A stretch of 64,000 nucleotides of DNA from Zygnema circumcarinatum SAG 698-1b (lineage: Eukaryota > Plantae > Zygnematophyceae): NCBI GenBank assembly GCA_037447605.1, contig CM074816.1, positions 573,873 to 637,872 of the forward strand. The letters run 5' to 3'. The translations under genes and the position numbers were made by a program. The notes beneath the pieces are model-generated. The model saw only the letters and a program-made list of their open reading frames with translations. It was not told where the DNA came from and did no database searches. Shown here in pieces: positions 36,432-49,700 of the stretch (its first letter is position 1; the number at the start of each line of letters is the position of its first letter).

Positions 36432-39400
36432 ATTCAGAGACAACATCGTCTGTCGAATCCCCTTCCTATGGTTCTCCCCCACCAAGTCAAGCCCACGACC
36501 GGACAGAAAACTTAAGCAGCAGTGGACCGGTGTTACGAAGCTCAGACAAATGGGGCGGCCTTTCCCCTGTGAATGCTTTATCTCGGAGGGTGACAGCTTC
36601 TCTGCAGCGCAGTAAGGAGGTGAACTCGTGGGATGCCCTCAGGGAATTATGGGACCACCCGGACCCTGTGAGCTGCGAAACATGCAACTACATGCTCAAT
36701 GTCTGCGCGCAGGGGCGAAAGCCGGAGGTGGGTGCATTCTGTTGCTACGGACCAGTTTCTTTCACCTTTAGGAGTGGTTCGATCTTATAGGTCAATGCAG
36801 ATTGTTTCCTCTTTTCCCACTTTCTTTTGTCCTTTTGAAGAGTTCAGGAGCTATGGGCTCTCAGGAATTATGCTTCCGTGTGCGTTTCTTGTGTTAGTCG
36901 AATCTTGTCTCGGTCGCTGTGACTTGAAGTTTAATCTCTTTAAAGGTGTTTCCACTGTCATTTTGAAACGCCTATGACTTGAACAGTTGGCATTGGAGAT
37001 CTTTCGTCTAATGGAGGCAAAGGGAGTGGCGCCAAATGTAGTATCTTACAGCTGCCTCGTGCGAGCTTTCAGTCGAGGAGGCCGCGTTGAAGAGGTAACT
37101 TGTCTGAACGGGCACTACTATGTTTCTGATTTTTGGATTCATATTGGATCAAAATGATTCATAGGCCAAATTGTTGCTGTCCTTGAACTCAGCAAAGTGC
37201 TTTTCATTAAGCAGGTTCAAACTGGTGAGCGATTTGAATGTAGAGAAGTTTGTTTTGCAATCGTTGGCCTCCTATCAAGGGGTTTCATCTTATTTTCTTC
37301 TTTTTCATGTGACTTGCATGAGAGCAACCCTCCACGATTCAATAGAAGAGTCTCTCTGTCAATCACTGGCGAGGCACTCCTTCATTCCTTTTTGCTTTAA
37401 ACGAATCATTTGATCTCTGTAACTGACATTACTGAAGTTGTTTTCTGTCATTTTATTGCTTCTACAGGCTGTTACGTGGCTTGAAAATCTTGCAGAGGCA
37501 GCTGCAGAAGGGCGAGCAGATGCACCGAATCTGGTCATGTTCAACTCTGTTCTCAACGGTTGTGCCTATGCAGTCAACCAATCTCTTGCTGACAGGTGTC
37601 TTGCTCTCATGCACCGCCAAGGAACAGCGTTGGATTCAGAGTCCTATGCGGAGCTCTTAAAGGTGTGAAACTGAAATAATTTCTTCTTAATTTCACCCGA
37701 ACCTCACTGCCAGTAGTATTCTTTCTCCAATATCTGTAGCTGCTCTCCCTTTTGTGCCCTCAAAAAGCTTTGAAGGCTACTTATAGCTGACCATTCTTTC
37801 TCTAAATGGAGGAGGTGGCAGCTGGGGGGCCTGGCAGGTGACTTAATTCTCGTACATAAGTGGTGGAAAGAGCTTCTTTCAGTACTGGGAAAACCCTGCC
37901 ACGTGGCACAAAATGCATACATTACAGCTTTGGCTCGATGTGGTGATCTGAATTTGGCAGTTAGTGCCCTCCATTCATTCTGTGAAGCTGCCCTGCATCG
38001 ACAGTTGGCAGTGCCTTCTGGGAAGTATAGGGGTCTGCTCCGGCAGAAGTCTTCTCTCACTTCCTCATATAGCAGGAGAGAGGTAGGGCTGATCTCAGGA
38101 GGGAGGGAGGACTCTCCCGCAAAGCAGCTCGTTGAGGGAGAGGAGGGACACTCTCCTCGAATCAGAGAGCGAGATGCGGAACTATATAAGTCCACCAATA
38201 AAGTGCAAGTGTTGGAGGGAAGACAGCAAGGAGTAGGTTTAGATGTTTCAACAGTCAGTTCAGGAGAGGATGTTGCTGTGGAGGGAGGGCAAAGAGGTCA
38301 GGGAGATGGGGGGCTGAGGGAGAGAGAGAAGGGAGAAACGTTGGAGGGGTGGTGGAATAGTGGGCTGGTAGATTCGTTGGAGGAGTGGGTTCAGAAGGAG
38401 ATGGTGATCGCATACAATGCAGTCGTGAATCAGGCTGCTCGAATTGGAGACTACCAGCTCGCAGTGAAGCTGATTTCACAGGTGCAGACAACAAGAGATG
38501 CCTTTCCAAAACACTTTTGAAATAATCCGAAGGGGGAATCCATCCTTTTGTATGAGTCTATCTATGCTCGAGATTCTTTTTGACGATGTTTTGTCCTTCA
38601 GTCATCATAGTGTTTTTTTTTCGTAAGCCCATAAATGAACCATGCATGCCCAACCTCACAATGACCAATTGGGTTTCTGTTACTTTTGGTAGATGTTGGA
38701 TGGAGGGCTCAAGCTCGACAACTATAGCTACAACGCGTGGATGAGGGCGGCAGCAAAGGGCGGGACGGTGGATGACACTTTGCATGTGGTATCCCTCCAT
38801 CCCTTCCTCCCTCCCTCCCTCCCTCCCTCCCTCCCTCCCTCCCTCCCTCCCTCCCTCCCTCCCTCTCCCTCCTCCCTCCCTCCCTCCTCCCTCCCTCCCT
38901 CCCTCCCTCCTCCCTCCCTCCCTCCCTCCCTCCCTCCCTCCCTCTCCCTCCCTCCCTCCCTCCCTCCCTCCCTCCCTCAGTAAGACCTCCCCTTTCAGTG
39001 TCCAGGTCTGGACCTAATATATGCAATCCGGTCCTCTAATTATCTGTTGATACCGTTCAAGAAGGTTACCTCACCCTCACATCTTTACGTTCGTTCGTTA
39101 CGTTTGTCTCCCATACTCAGAACACATCCACTGTTGCAAGGCCATTGTTCTCTCTTGGTATGACTTCATCGAACGCTCGTTCTCTGCTATAAAACGCAAG
39201 TTTTCATGGGAATTTTGTTTTGGTATGATCACAGTGGAAGAGCATGCAGGCAGGAGGGTTTCAGCCCAACCGCCATAGCCACGAAGCTCTCCTTCATGCT
39301 CTCTGCAATGAGGGGCGGCTGGAGGAGGCGGAGCAGCTGCTTCAGGAAATGGCTCAAAAGGGCCACAAAATGGCACCCTCAAAACATGCATACAATGCCC

Positions 39401-41963
39401 TCTTGGATGCATGGACAGCACAGGTGCAGAGAATCTTTCCTCTCTGTTTTTAAAAGTTTCGGTGAACCTTGTTCAGCCTGCCAGTTATCTGCTTATGCGT
39501 GCATCTTTGCTGTCACCCTATTTCTGATAACCTTCACTTCAGCACTTTTGAGTCACCTCCACCCAATTCTGTGTAATGTAGGGAGACCCATCGAAAGCAA
39601 TGTCGATATATCAGTGGATGAGAGATGCGTGTGTTCCTCCGGACGTCTGCACATTTCTCTCACTTTTTTCTGCCTGCACGGGACCGCGCTATTTGGGAGC
39701 TGATAGCGGAAATTGGGCGAGGGAGGAGGCAGTGAAGCGAGTGGCATTGATAGAAGGGGAGATGAAGAAAGCGGGAGTGCGACATACAGCCGCCACATAT
39801 GCAGCTATGGTACGTCATCGATGATGAGAACATTTGGACTTGGGAATTTGAACCAGTCAAAAGGTCATGAAGTTGAGTAGTATGGTGGCAGTTGATGCTT
39901 ATATTAAGAGAAGGGTGGAATCCTTGGATTTGTCCGGATCAGGTCATGAAAGGTTTGTTGGAAGAAACTCCTGGGTGATTTTGCAGGAGAATGGTTGGGA
40001 AAACAGTTAACCATGAGCGAGCAGCCATGTAATGAAGAAACAAGCTTCAAACAGTTCAACCAAACATGCATTTCCACCATCCTTGTGCTGTAGTTCGATG
40101 ACTTCTCCAATTACTTCAAGCACCAAAGTTGTACAGGCAGCATATGTGTAGCTTTAGTAAATTCATGGGTCATTCGGCTCTTGTTCTCTGGCTACAACTG
40201 CGTATTAGCGTTCCCAACACTTGAATTCCATGCACATATCATGGTTGATTTTACTTAGGCAACTCACTTTCTCATGGACTCTTTAAAATTCGACATTTTC
40301 AAGAATCTCATATGGCAATTTGCTCATTGTTTCTTATGGATTTTAGGGTTTGGAATGGGAGTTGTGTGGCGTGGCAGCTACAACTGTTAGGGAGAGAAGC
40401 GCAGATAGAGGTCATGTTGGAACGTTTGAAGGAGGCTGGCCAGTCTGCGAATGCACATAACCGCCCTCTTCTCGATGCTGTGACTTTTAACGTCGCCATT
40501 GATGCATGCATTCAGGCAGGAAAGGTAATTGCTAAATATGGTTATTGGTGTTCATGTCAAGCTATACCTAGGAATATGCCTTCGTTCCTTACTTGTTGGC
40601 CTTTTATCGCAAATAGTAGTGGAGTCTCTCGATTTGGCAGTTTTTTTCGCAGGGGTGAAGTCGGGAATGCATGCAGGTTGAGCTTTTGATTGGTTCACTC
40701 ATTGTTCTATGTCTCATGTGGGTTTTGTGGGATGGACAAGGTTAGATGGACAAGGCTATGGAGGTGTTCAAGCAGATGGAGGCTATTGGAGTTTCACCCA
40801 CTCGTGTGACCTACAACACTCTCATCAATGGATGCTCCTTTATGCTTGGGAAGCCTTCACAGATGACTCTCGCCTTTGAGCTTGCAGATGCCATGAAGGA
40901 AAAGGGCATAACTTCGGACGTTGTTACTTACAATTCTCTTCTCAAGGTGGGGGGGCTCAATGCTTGGACTTCTTCTTCACTAAATAAGACTTGAGTCTGA
41001 GGAACATCCGACGTTTCTACTTTTGAACTTGTTTCGTGAACTCTTCAAAAAAGAGAGCTGTCTGCACTCGATGGCTTATTTAACTTTCCTCTTTGTGCCG
41101 GGGAATGAGATTTTTTTGCAGGTTGTTTGCCATGGAGGCGAAGTAGATGTGGGCCTGCAATTGCTGGTAGAGATGCAGTCTCGGGGGGTCTCGCCAGATC
41201 ATATATCCTTCAATACGCTTTTGGCAGCCGCAAGCCATCATGTACGGATTCATGGAACCTTTCTTGAAAGCATGCGTGGACCACTCAGAATGGATACCCA
41301 CTTGAATATTTGTACAGTTGTACTCTATACAAGTTCTGCTCCTATGCCTGTCTATGACTGTCTATGTCAATCGATCAATGTGCTCTCATATAAGTTTCTC
41401 ATGGCCCCACTCTTGTGCAGAATCGATTGGACATTGTGGAGTTGTGCCTCGAGCACATGCACCGCTGTTCCGTTACCCCCGACAGCACTGCCTGCTGCTT
41501 GGCTGTTGCTGCTTATGTCAGCGCAGACCGCCATAGTGATGCAGTCGAGGCCCTTCACATGCTCAGTGCGCGGATGATGGCACTCTCAGTGGAGGGTGAA
41601 CCGGAATGCGAAAACAAGGGCACTACTACGCTTTTAAACACCTCGAAAGGGATAGAAACTGTTCAAGGCAGACCTGCAAGCGGCATCTCCCCTTTGGTGA
41701 GAGAATTGGATACAAAGACGCAACCGAAGCATGCGAGTATTCGTGTTGAAGAAGCGGAGACGGCAGAGGAATTGCTGGAGATTGCAGTGATGTGCGATGA
41801 CCCGGCGGCCATGGCGGACTACATGCGGACGCTTGCAGGCTCGCTTGATGGGAGAGAGCGAGAGTGGAGGGCTGAGAGGAGCCCTCTTGCTGCACGGCTG
41901 CGCATTCTGTATGGCAGAAGAATGCAAACTATTGGAAAGGAGGTCTCGTATAAAGCGGCATAG
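36432..41963 (+). CDS. P-class pentatricopeptide repeat (PPR) protein, multi-exon; 5' exon not identified
   Basis: Repeated 35-aa motifs: PNVVSYSCLVRAFSRGGRVEEA, PNLVMFNSVLNGCA, LDNYSYNAWMRAAAKGG, PNRHSHEALLHALCNEGRLEEAEQLLQEM, PTRVTYNTLINGC, SDVVTYNSLLK, PDHISFNTLLAA. It tentatively resembles the Arabidopsis At1g76280-type PPR (KRVALIEGEMKKAGVRHT...LLGREAQI), from memory only. Confidence 0.88.
38800..38978 (+). repeat. (CCCT)n microsatellite in a PPR intron
   Basis: Read directly from the sequence. Confidence 0.95.
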
Positions 41964-42516
41964 CTTACATTGCGGCAGAATTAGCTGTGTTAGGGTCCTA
42001 GCAATAACAGTACTGCTTTAGTATGTCAGTGGTTTGGATGCATTAGAAATGTACTATGGGGCTGCATTGCGAAGAATGAGAGAAATCATCGTCCCCTTGC
42101 AATCTGTGGATGAATTTCTGTTCAAGTTTGACACAGACCGTGGAATAGTGTACACGCTCGTATTTCAGACTTTTTTTTTTTTTGTTTTCCAACTCGTCGG
42201 TCAGCTACCCCCTAAACGACAATCTTTGGTCCGGCCAACCATTGGAAGGCATGCTTGGAACCCTTGGTTGCTGCCTTAAAAAAAAAAGGAATGATCTGAA
42301 CTTCTGAAAAGGCTCGATCGTGATCAGCCGGTTCCCCTCTTTTTCCTTGGCTAGTCAACAAGCTCACTCTCAAGAACATCACAAAAGTTTGTATCCTAGA
42401 CACAGCCAAATGCATGATAGATTCATGCTAATCTGATTCCCAAACTGCACATTGAATTGTCGAAACTCCAAGTTTGGTACAATGTTAATCAACAACAAAA
42501 ACATGAAACATGAATG

Positions 42517-45040
42517 TTAGTTTTCATTCCAATGGTCCTCATCACTATGCTCCTGAGCCCTATCCCTGTCCTTCCCATAGCTTCTGTACAGCGTGCCATA
42601 GCACATGCAGCATGCGCCAAAGGGAATGGCCATGCATGCGAACAAGCCCTTTGAGAGTGCCCGAGCCTCCACAGGGGACCCCCCTAAAGGCACAGCCTTG
42701 TCCGCCCTATAACCATACAGCTGCTCTGCAAGAATCCCCACTGCAGGAGCCGCTAAAGCAGCAACTGTCCCTTCAAAAGCACGGTCAAAAGCATAAATAG
42801 TTGTTCTCAGCTTTGGAGGAACAACCTCCGCAAACAAGGGGTTATTGGCGCAGGCTTGACACCAACTGATGACTAAACCTCCGCAGAAGAGAGTAGCTGC
42901 AAAAGGGAGCCAAAGGGATGGGTCCAGGGGTAGGGCCACCAAGAGAATGTATGAGAAGGGGATTCCAAGGAAAGCACTCAATTGGGCACACATTATGCGG
43001 CCCGAGTTTGGTCTTATTTTGGCCGCTTGGTCCCCGAGCCAACCTCCAAAGAGGGCTCCCAATGCGCAGCCGGATGAGAACAAAGCCATGAGAAACGCCG
43101 TTTGGTTGTGGCTGAACCCTGCAATGCTCCGCTCTGAACCCTAGTTACACAATAGAGCCTTGCAGTTCTCCCAGTGTCCATGCACAAAGGTACACCTCAC
43201 AACAGGCAAGCTAACTTTACACAAATATGCTTACAAGCTCCCATTGAGAAATCGTAGCCATAGTCATCGTCATCCACATCATGAACATGAACATGTTCAT
43301 GTTCAACATGCATGCATGCATGTGCATGTCTAACTTCACAACTTGGAACCACCTGAAAGCAGAGGCAGATTTGAGGCAGCCCCTTACCAACCAGCTGCAA
43401 CCACATGGTGAAGAACACCATGGCCTGCCACGGGAGGGAGCCCACCACTCCCTGCAACACAATCAGCTGAAAGGTCCGCACAGAGAGCACGGTCTGAACC
43501 CCTCCCACTGCCTCCCTCCAACTGCTTCTCCACGAGGGGGGGTGAATCCCTCCAAGCTTCGCCAACACCTCTCCCGAGCCTCTCCTGCTAACGTTCCAAG
43601 AGCAGCAAGCAGTGTCAGTTTAACTCCCAAAAGCAGAAATCTGACAAGTTTCAGAAGTGGAACTTTCAAGAAAAGTTTGCAGGAATTGGACCCTAATGCC
43701 TTTACTGGGGCGCCGCTATGCTTGCTGTTTAGGACGTGCAGTTTACAGTACAGTTTGAGCATATGCTAGTTTTTAGGGTTTGCAGGATTCCTGTTGAAGT
43801 TGACAAAGGTTTTGAGGTTTTAGAGAGGATTATTTCCAACCAACCTTGGCGGAAGACCTGCAACTCGAGGGTCGACCACGAAGGTGTGAACCATCCAGCC
43901 AATGAGAGCACTCAAAACTGCCATGCCTAAAAAGGCCATACGCCATCCGGCGATTCCCAGAACTGAGTCATATCCTGCAATATCATTGTAGGAAAGAAAG
44001 AAGACAAAATCATGGCTACAGAAGTACAATTTTTTTCAACAAACTGCAGCTGATCGAAGCTTTGCGAATGAACAGAGAAAGAGACTCAAACTGATGATGA
44101 AAAAACTCATTCAAGGGCCCAAATGGGGTTTTTCCGAAGGCCACTTCAGCCACAATTTGGCCCCTTAATTCATCGCTTATCTCTTTATTTCCCTCTTGTT
44201 TCGTAATAATGGACCAAGCCCTCCGTAGCATACATAACATGAAAGACCGCTTTCATGAAATTGAAAAGAACAAAAAAAGTGAAAAAGCACGTACCTGCAA
44301 GAATAGTGGCAGCCATGCTCCCCACAATGGCTCCCACACTCCCTGTGAGGTTGAGCCATCCAAAGGCCACTCCGCGGGAGTTTTCTGCATAGCTACAGAA
44401 CGTTCAAAATGGAACAAATGAGAGTAATGCCTGAAAGGACTCTGAACTCCACAGAACGTGAGCTTCGGAGATTCCATTACTTCCTTTATTCCGGTTTCAA
44501 GAATGTATTCCAAACGAGCGTATCATCGACCTCAAAAAAGAAACATGAAGGTGCAGATTTTGTGCTTGGCTGCGTTGGGAGCAGAAGGGAGTAGAGGTAG
44601 AAGAGGGAGAGAGAAAGAAAGAAAGCGAGAGAGAGGGAGAGAGAGAGAGAGGGGGGTGGGGGGTCACACGTGTCAGCAACGAAGGACTGCACTGCGGGCA
44701 CCACGATGGCGAGCCCAACGCCGTTGATCGCGCGCCACGTGGCGCACTGCCAGTAGCTCTGCGCGAGGCCCACCGCCGCCGTGGAGAGGCCCCAAAACAA
44801 GGTCCCGAGACCCACTACGGCCGCGCGGTCGAAATGGAGAGAGAGGAACCCCGCGAGGGGGGAGGAGAGGGCCTGCACTACCGCTCTGAACTCACTCGCA
44901 CGCACAGGAAGGGAAGGGAAGGTCAGGTTTGGTGCATACATAAATAAATACATACATACATACATACATACATACATACATACATACATACATACATACA
45001 TACATACATACATACATACATACATACATACATACATACA

Positions 45041-45074
<34 letters not shown>

Positions 45075-45992
45075 CATACATACATACATACAGACATAAT
45101 GAGATTACGGTAACTCTGCAACTGCGTTTACTAGCCATAATGAACTACAGAACTTCTATCCTACCCGGCCTTGCCCTCCTCTGGGCCTCCTTAGTTCGAG
45201 TCTCGGCATTTGTTTGTCAAGATTATTTATTTCCTTGCTCTGAATCTCGTGAGTAAACCCTCCCCCACTCCCACTCCCTTTCCCGTCCCCTCCCCCTCAC
45301 CCTCCCCCTCCCCCTCCCCCTCCCCCTCCCCCTCCCCCTCCCCCTCCCCCTCCCCCTCCCCCTCCCCCTCCCCCTCCCCCTCCCCCTCCCCCTCCCCCTC
45401 CCCCTCCCCCTCCCCCTCCCCCTCCCCCTCCCCCTCCCCCTCCCCCTCCCCCTCCCCCTCCCCCTCCCCCTCCCCCTCCCCCTCCCCCTCCCCCTCCCCC
45501 TCCCCCTCCCCCTCCCCCTCCCCCTCCCCCTCCCCCTCCCCCTCCCCCTCCCCCTCCCCCTCCCCCTCCCCCTCCCCCTCCCCCTCCCCCTCCCCCTCCC
45601 CCTCCCCCTCCCCCTCCCCCTCCCCCTCCCCCTCCCCCTCCCCCTCCCCCTCCCCCTCCCCCTCCCCCTCCCCCTCCCCCTCCCCCTCCCCCTCCCCCTC
45701 CCCCTCCCCCTCCCCCTCCCCCTCCCCCTTCCCCCTCGCCCCTTCCTCCTCCACCCTCCCCCTCCCCCTCCCCCTTCCCCTCCCCCTCTCCCTCTCCCTC
45801 TCTCTCTCCCTCCTCCCCCGGCAGGCAGCACCTAATGAAGGTGAGCCAGCCGAGCTGGCTGGGCGAGGCCCGGAAGCTCCGCCCGACCTCGCGGTACACG
45901 GCCGGCAGCAGGCCCTCGTCCGCGCGCTCCGCAATGCAGGCCAAGTTCATCAGCGCCGCTGACCGCCACGTCACCCACCCGCCCTCTGCCAT
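42517..45992 (-). CDS. Major facilitator superfamily transporter (Spinster-like plant MFS_1)
   Basis: [24 protein letters not shown]...QLGWLTFIR; [12 protein letters not shown]...[21 protein letters not shown]; RGMAFGWL; GWRMAF; [28 protein letters not shown]; [11 protein letters not shown]; [24 protein letters not shown]. Confidence 0.93.
44946..45092 (+). repeat. (TACA)n microsatellite, about 36 units, in MFS intron 1
   Basis: Read directly from the sequence. Confidence 0.95.
45297..45730 (+). repeat. (CCCCCT)n hexamer array, about 70 units, in MFS intron 1
   Basis: Read directly from the sequence; it generates the spurious poly-G, GE, GR and PS ORFs. Confidence 0.97.
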
Positions 45993-45997
45993 GCTGC

Positions 45998-46311
45998 CAC
46001 GTGGCCGCTCGCGCTCCTCAGTGGCCGCCACGTGGCGAGGCAGCCTTGCCGAGGGCCGCCGCGGCGCGGGCGACAGCTGGACGCGCATTCGAGAGAGAGA
46101 GAGAGAGAGCCGCCACGTGGCGCTCCGAAAGGATACAGTAGCGATCTGGGCCCTTTTTGCGGAGCACTACAGTACCCGACAACTTGTACGGTCCCACGCG
46201 GACCAATTGGGCCAATCTGGTGGCGCCACGTGTCTGCACCTCAAACCAAATTTGGCGGCAAGCGCAGAACTCGCCGTCCGTACGATCCATTGGGGCACTT
46301 GGCGACACGTG
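45998..46311. promoter_or_regulatory. Cluster of five CACGTG (G-box/ABRE-type) elements in the divergent MFS-PFK promoter
   Basis: CACGTG at 45998, 46029, 46114, 46227 and 46306, mostly as GCCACGTGGC, with ACGCG (CE3-like) cores interspersed. Function is inferred. Confidence 0.55.
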
Positions 46312-46761
46312 GCGCGCGGAGCGGGATCTGGGGGTCGGCAGAATTCGAAAGCCGATCTGTGCGAACAGTTAAGTCGTTCTATGGTTGAGCGCGTGGTGAC
46401 CAGCCGAACTGTAACAGCTACGCGCGCTCTATGATTGGATTTTCGGGATTCCCCAGTAACTGGAACATGTGAAAGGATGTTGGCCTGTGCGCGGAGCGCT
46501 TGCTGTCGCTCGGTCGATGAGTCGGCTGCTCTGTAGCGAGTGAGAGAAAGAGACTGGCAGAGTGAGAGAGGCAAATAGAGAGGGAGAGGAGAGAGGAGAG
46601 AGAGGAGAGAGAGAAAGGAGAGGGAAAGGAAAGGCAAAGAGACAGAGAGAGAAGAGAGAGGAGAGGAGAGACAAAGGGACAGAGAGAGAGAAGAGAGAGG
46701 GAGAGGAGAGGCAAAGAGAAAGAGAGGGGGGGGGGGGGGAGCGAAGACCAGAAAACAAATA

Positions 46762-49700
46762 ATGGCGGCCATGAAGCTCAGCCTGCAGACTGGCCGTGTT
46801 GAATGCGGCGGAATCTTCTCCTTTGCGTTGACGCAGCAGCAGCCCTCTTTCTGCAAGCGCGGACTTGGAGCAGGCAGAGAAGCCTCTTGCGAGCTGCAGC
46901 CTCGCAGGGAGAGCCTGCCGAGTGCCGGCAAAAGCATGAAGCAGTCTCCTGATTCCCTATCGACTCTGCTCTTAACGGATAAGAGCAAGCTGCTTGCTCC
47001 TGTGCTGAGTAGCAGGAGCTGGAGCAGGAGCAGGAGCAGGTGGGGGCGGGAAGCCTCTCCCTGCGTGGCTCTCTTGGACGACGTTCCGCATCTCTCTGAT
47101 TTTATATCGGACTTGCCGGTGCAGCCTCCTCCCTTGTCTGACAGGATGGTTTCGTTTGATGCACTGGCCGCTTATTCTTCCCAACGCTGCCTGTCCTCCG
47201 TCGTCTGTTTTTTTTTTTTTTTTTTCTCGTATTGATTTGCTCGTGAGTGTATGTGGAAGGCGACACCCGCAGGACAGGTTTCATTCAACAATCGCAAAAA
47301 ACCTTATCTTTTTAATTTCACAATTAAAATCATGCCTCGTTTTTTTCTTTTTTTCTTTTTGCATTTCTTCCTCGTTTCCTCCTGTCTGTCATGTACATGG
47401 CAGCACATAGAAATTATTTCGATTTGACAAGTTTTATTTTCATACTTTACCACCTTCGTTTCTTCAAAAGAAGTGCATCAAAAATTAAATTCAGTTCCTA
47501 AGAAAGTCGGAGATATCTTATCGTTTTTTTTTTTCAAGATACACAGTCAATCGACTGTGTTCTGTTTCTTTCCGTACAGGGGAATTTGATGCCTGTTCTA
47601 TTGGTCCTGTTGTGCAGGAATACAGGAATCCTTTGCAGGACAATCCGGCGTATGGATCCGTAGAGTAAGTCGGTTGTTTTTTTGTTGCAGATGTGGTTGT
47701 TATTAAGAAATAGCTGAGCTAATTTTTTGGTGGAATGAATGAATCTATTGGAACTGTGTTTGGAGCAGTGATGGTCATAAGTGTGGCTGAGAAATCCGAA
47801 ACAGTCGTCAGAGTAATATCTGAACATCACATTTCGGAATGCATGCTTTTCATTTTTTGGTCGAAGTGACATGTTGATTAAAGGGAGTGATTTGTGTTTG
47901 TGTGCAGGCAATACTTCGTTTCAGATAACGATGTCGTTATTAGAGATGTAAGTCCTTGCGGCTCCTCTCATTATGTTGTTCTTGTGCTGATGCTCTTGCT
48001 CATAAATATAATATCTGAAAGTGTCTATTGTCTACTTACAGGCCGTTTGTACTAAATCGAATTCGTGGCATGATGTGTCTGAATTTCCTCAAGCCGGCTG
48101 CTCCCCTTATCCCATGTTTTCAGTTTTAAGGCTGAATTGATGAAAATGGATATTTTGAGTATAGTAGACAATGCTGTGTAACCCCGACTCACTGCATATT
48201 GTATGAGTACAATGTTTTAAAATCTGAAGCTGTTCTAAAATCTGAAGCAGAAGAATGTTTTTGAGCGCAGGTAGTGGTGAAGGAAGGATATGACCCATCC
48301 CAGGCAGTGCATTTCCGTCGTGCCGGACCCAGAGAGCGGGTGAGCAACTTTCTTTCCGGTGGGAACACTTTAAACTCTTGCATTTCCCTCTAGTTTGTCG
48401 CTACATGCTGACCTGGCACCACTCTCATGCCTCTTATTGGCTGGGTACAGCCATCAGGCAGAGTGCGTCTGTTTGTAAATACAAAGCACAAAGTGTTCTG
48501 CAGCCCTTTGTATTTTATATAAGACCAGTCCTTTAGTTATTGGACAGCTGAAGGGGAGGAAGCGATGCAAGTCACATGCATGGTGAAGGCCTAGAAGAGG
48601 TGAAGACCGCAATTTTTTGTGCGAAATACGGCACTGAGTATTGGAAGCCAGGCATCTCAAATTGGAACAATTCTGGCTCCGTGGTCTCTTTGGGGCAGTG
48701 TTTCTGTTTTTTGTCAGACAACTAGTGTTGTCAAGCTCTGAAGCAGTCCTCTTCCACTCTTACTTGAATCAGAATACCTCCTGTTCCGTCTTTTAATTTT
48801 TCCCTTTCTGTATGTGCAGATATTGTTCAAACCAGACGAAGTGAGAGCTTGTGTGGTAACATGTGGAGGCCTATGTCCGGGCCTCAATACGGTGATCCGT
48901 GAGGTGGTCTGCAGCCTCTGGCTTCAATATGGTGTGCGCGAAATCTATGGCATCGATGTATGTATAATACTCTAAACCGCTGAGCAGGCGGGGCTGCATA
49001 CTTTTTCTCCTTTTGTTCTCTGTGACTTGTTTTTAGGGTAGTCCGAACCACAGCATTGATGCTTTTCTTTCGTCGATGATAGTGTTCAAGAAGTAGAATA
49101 GAGGGTAGTTTTCACGATATTACGAGGCAGATCCTGCTCGGTCTAATGCTTTACATTTCATTCAGGTTTAATTATCAATGAGGGCCTTAATCTGCTCGTG
49201 CCTTTCTAAGGTTCGAGAAACATCCAATGATCATTTTGCTCATTAAGTTTTTCTTTTTCCTCTCCAGGGCGGATATCGCGGTTTTTATGCTCGCAACATT
49301 GTAACCCTAAACCCGAAAGTAGTAAATGACATACACAAAAGAGGAGGGACTATTCTGCACACATCTCGGGGAGGTCACGAAACTTCAAAAATTGTAAATG
49401 CGATCGAAGATCGGGGAATCAACCAGGTACTATCCGGGAGCTTAACCAATACTTGACCAACACTTTATTGTTGACTTGGTCATCACATATTTTAGCCTTG
49501 GAGGTGACTTAACTTGCTGGGGCTTTCAAGTTAGGGTCGTGACTTTCGCAGGCTCAGATCTTAAGTGAGAGAAGAGAATTGCTGAACGGCTTAGACCTGT
49601 TGTTATTCAAGAGATGAATGGGAGACACAAAGCGATTATAATCTCCCCTTTGTTTTACCATCTCCGAACCAGTAGAAACCAAGAGTCAAGATTATGAGAT

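Noticed and set aside
44486-45138. ORFs with (YVCM)n / (YIHT)n repeats
   Set aside because: Translations of the (TACA)n microsatellite.
45210-46088. Long ORFs encoding poly-G, (GE)n, (GR)n and (PS)n
   Set aside because: Translations of the (CCCCCT)n intronic array; the real MFS exon 1 ends at a GT donor near 45830.
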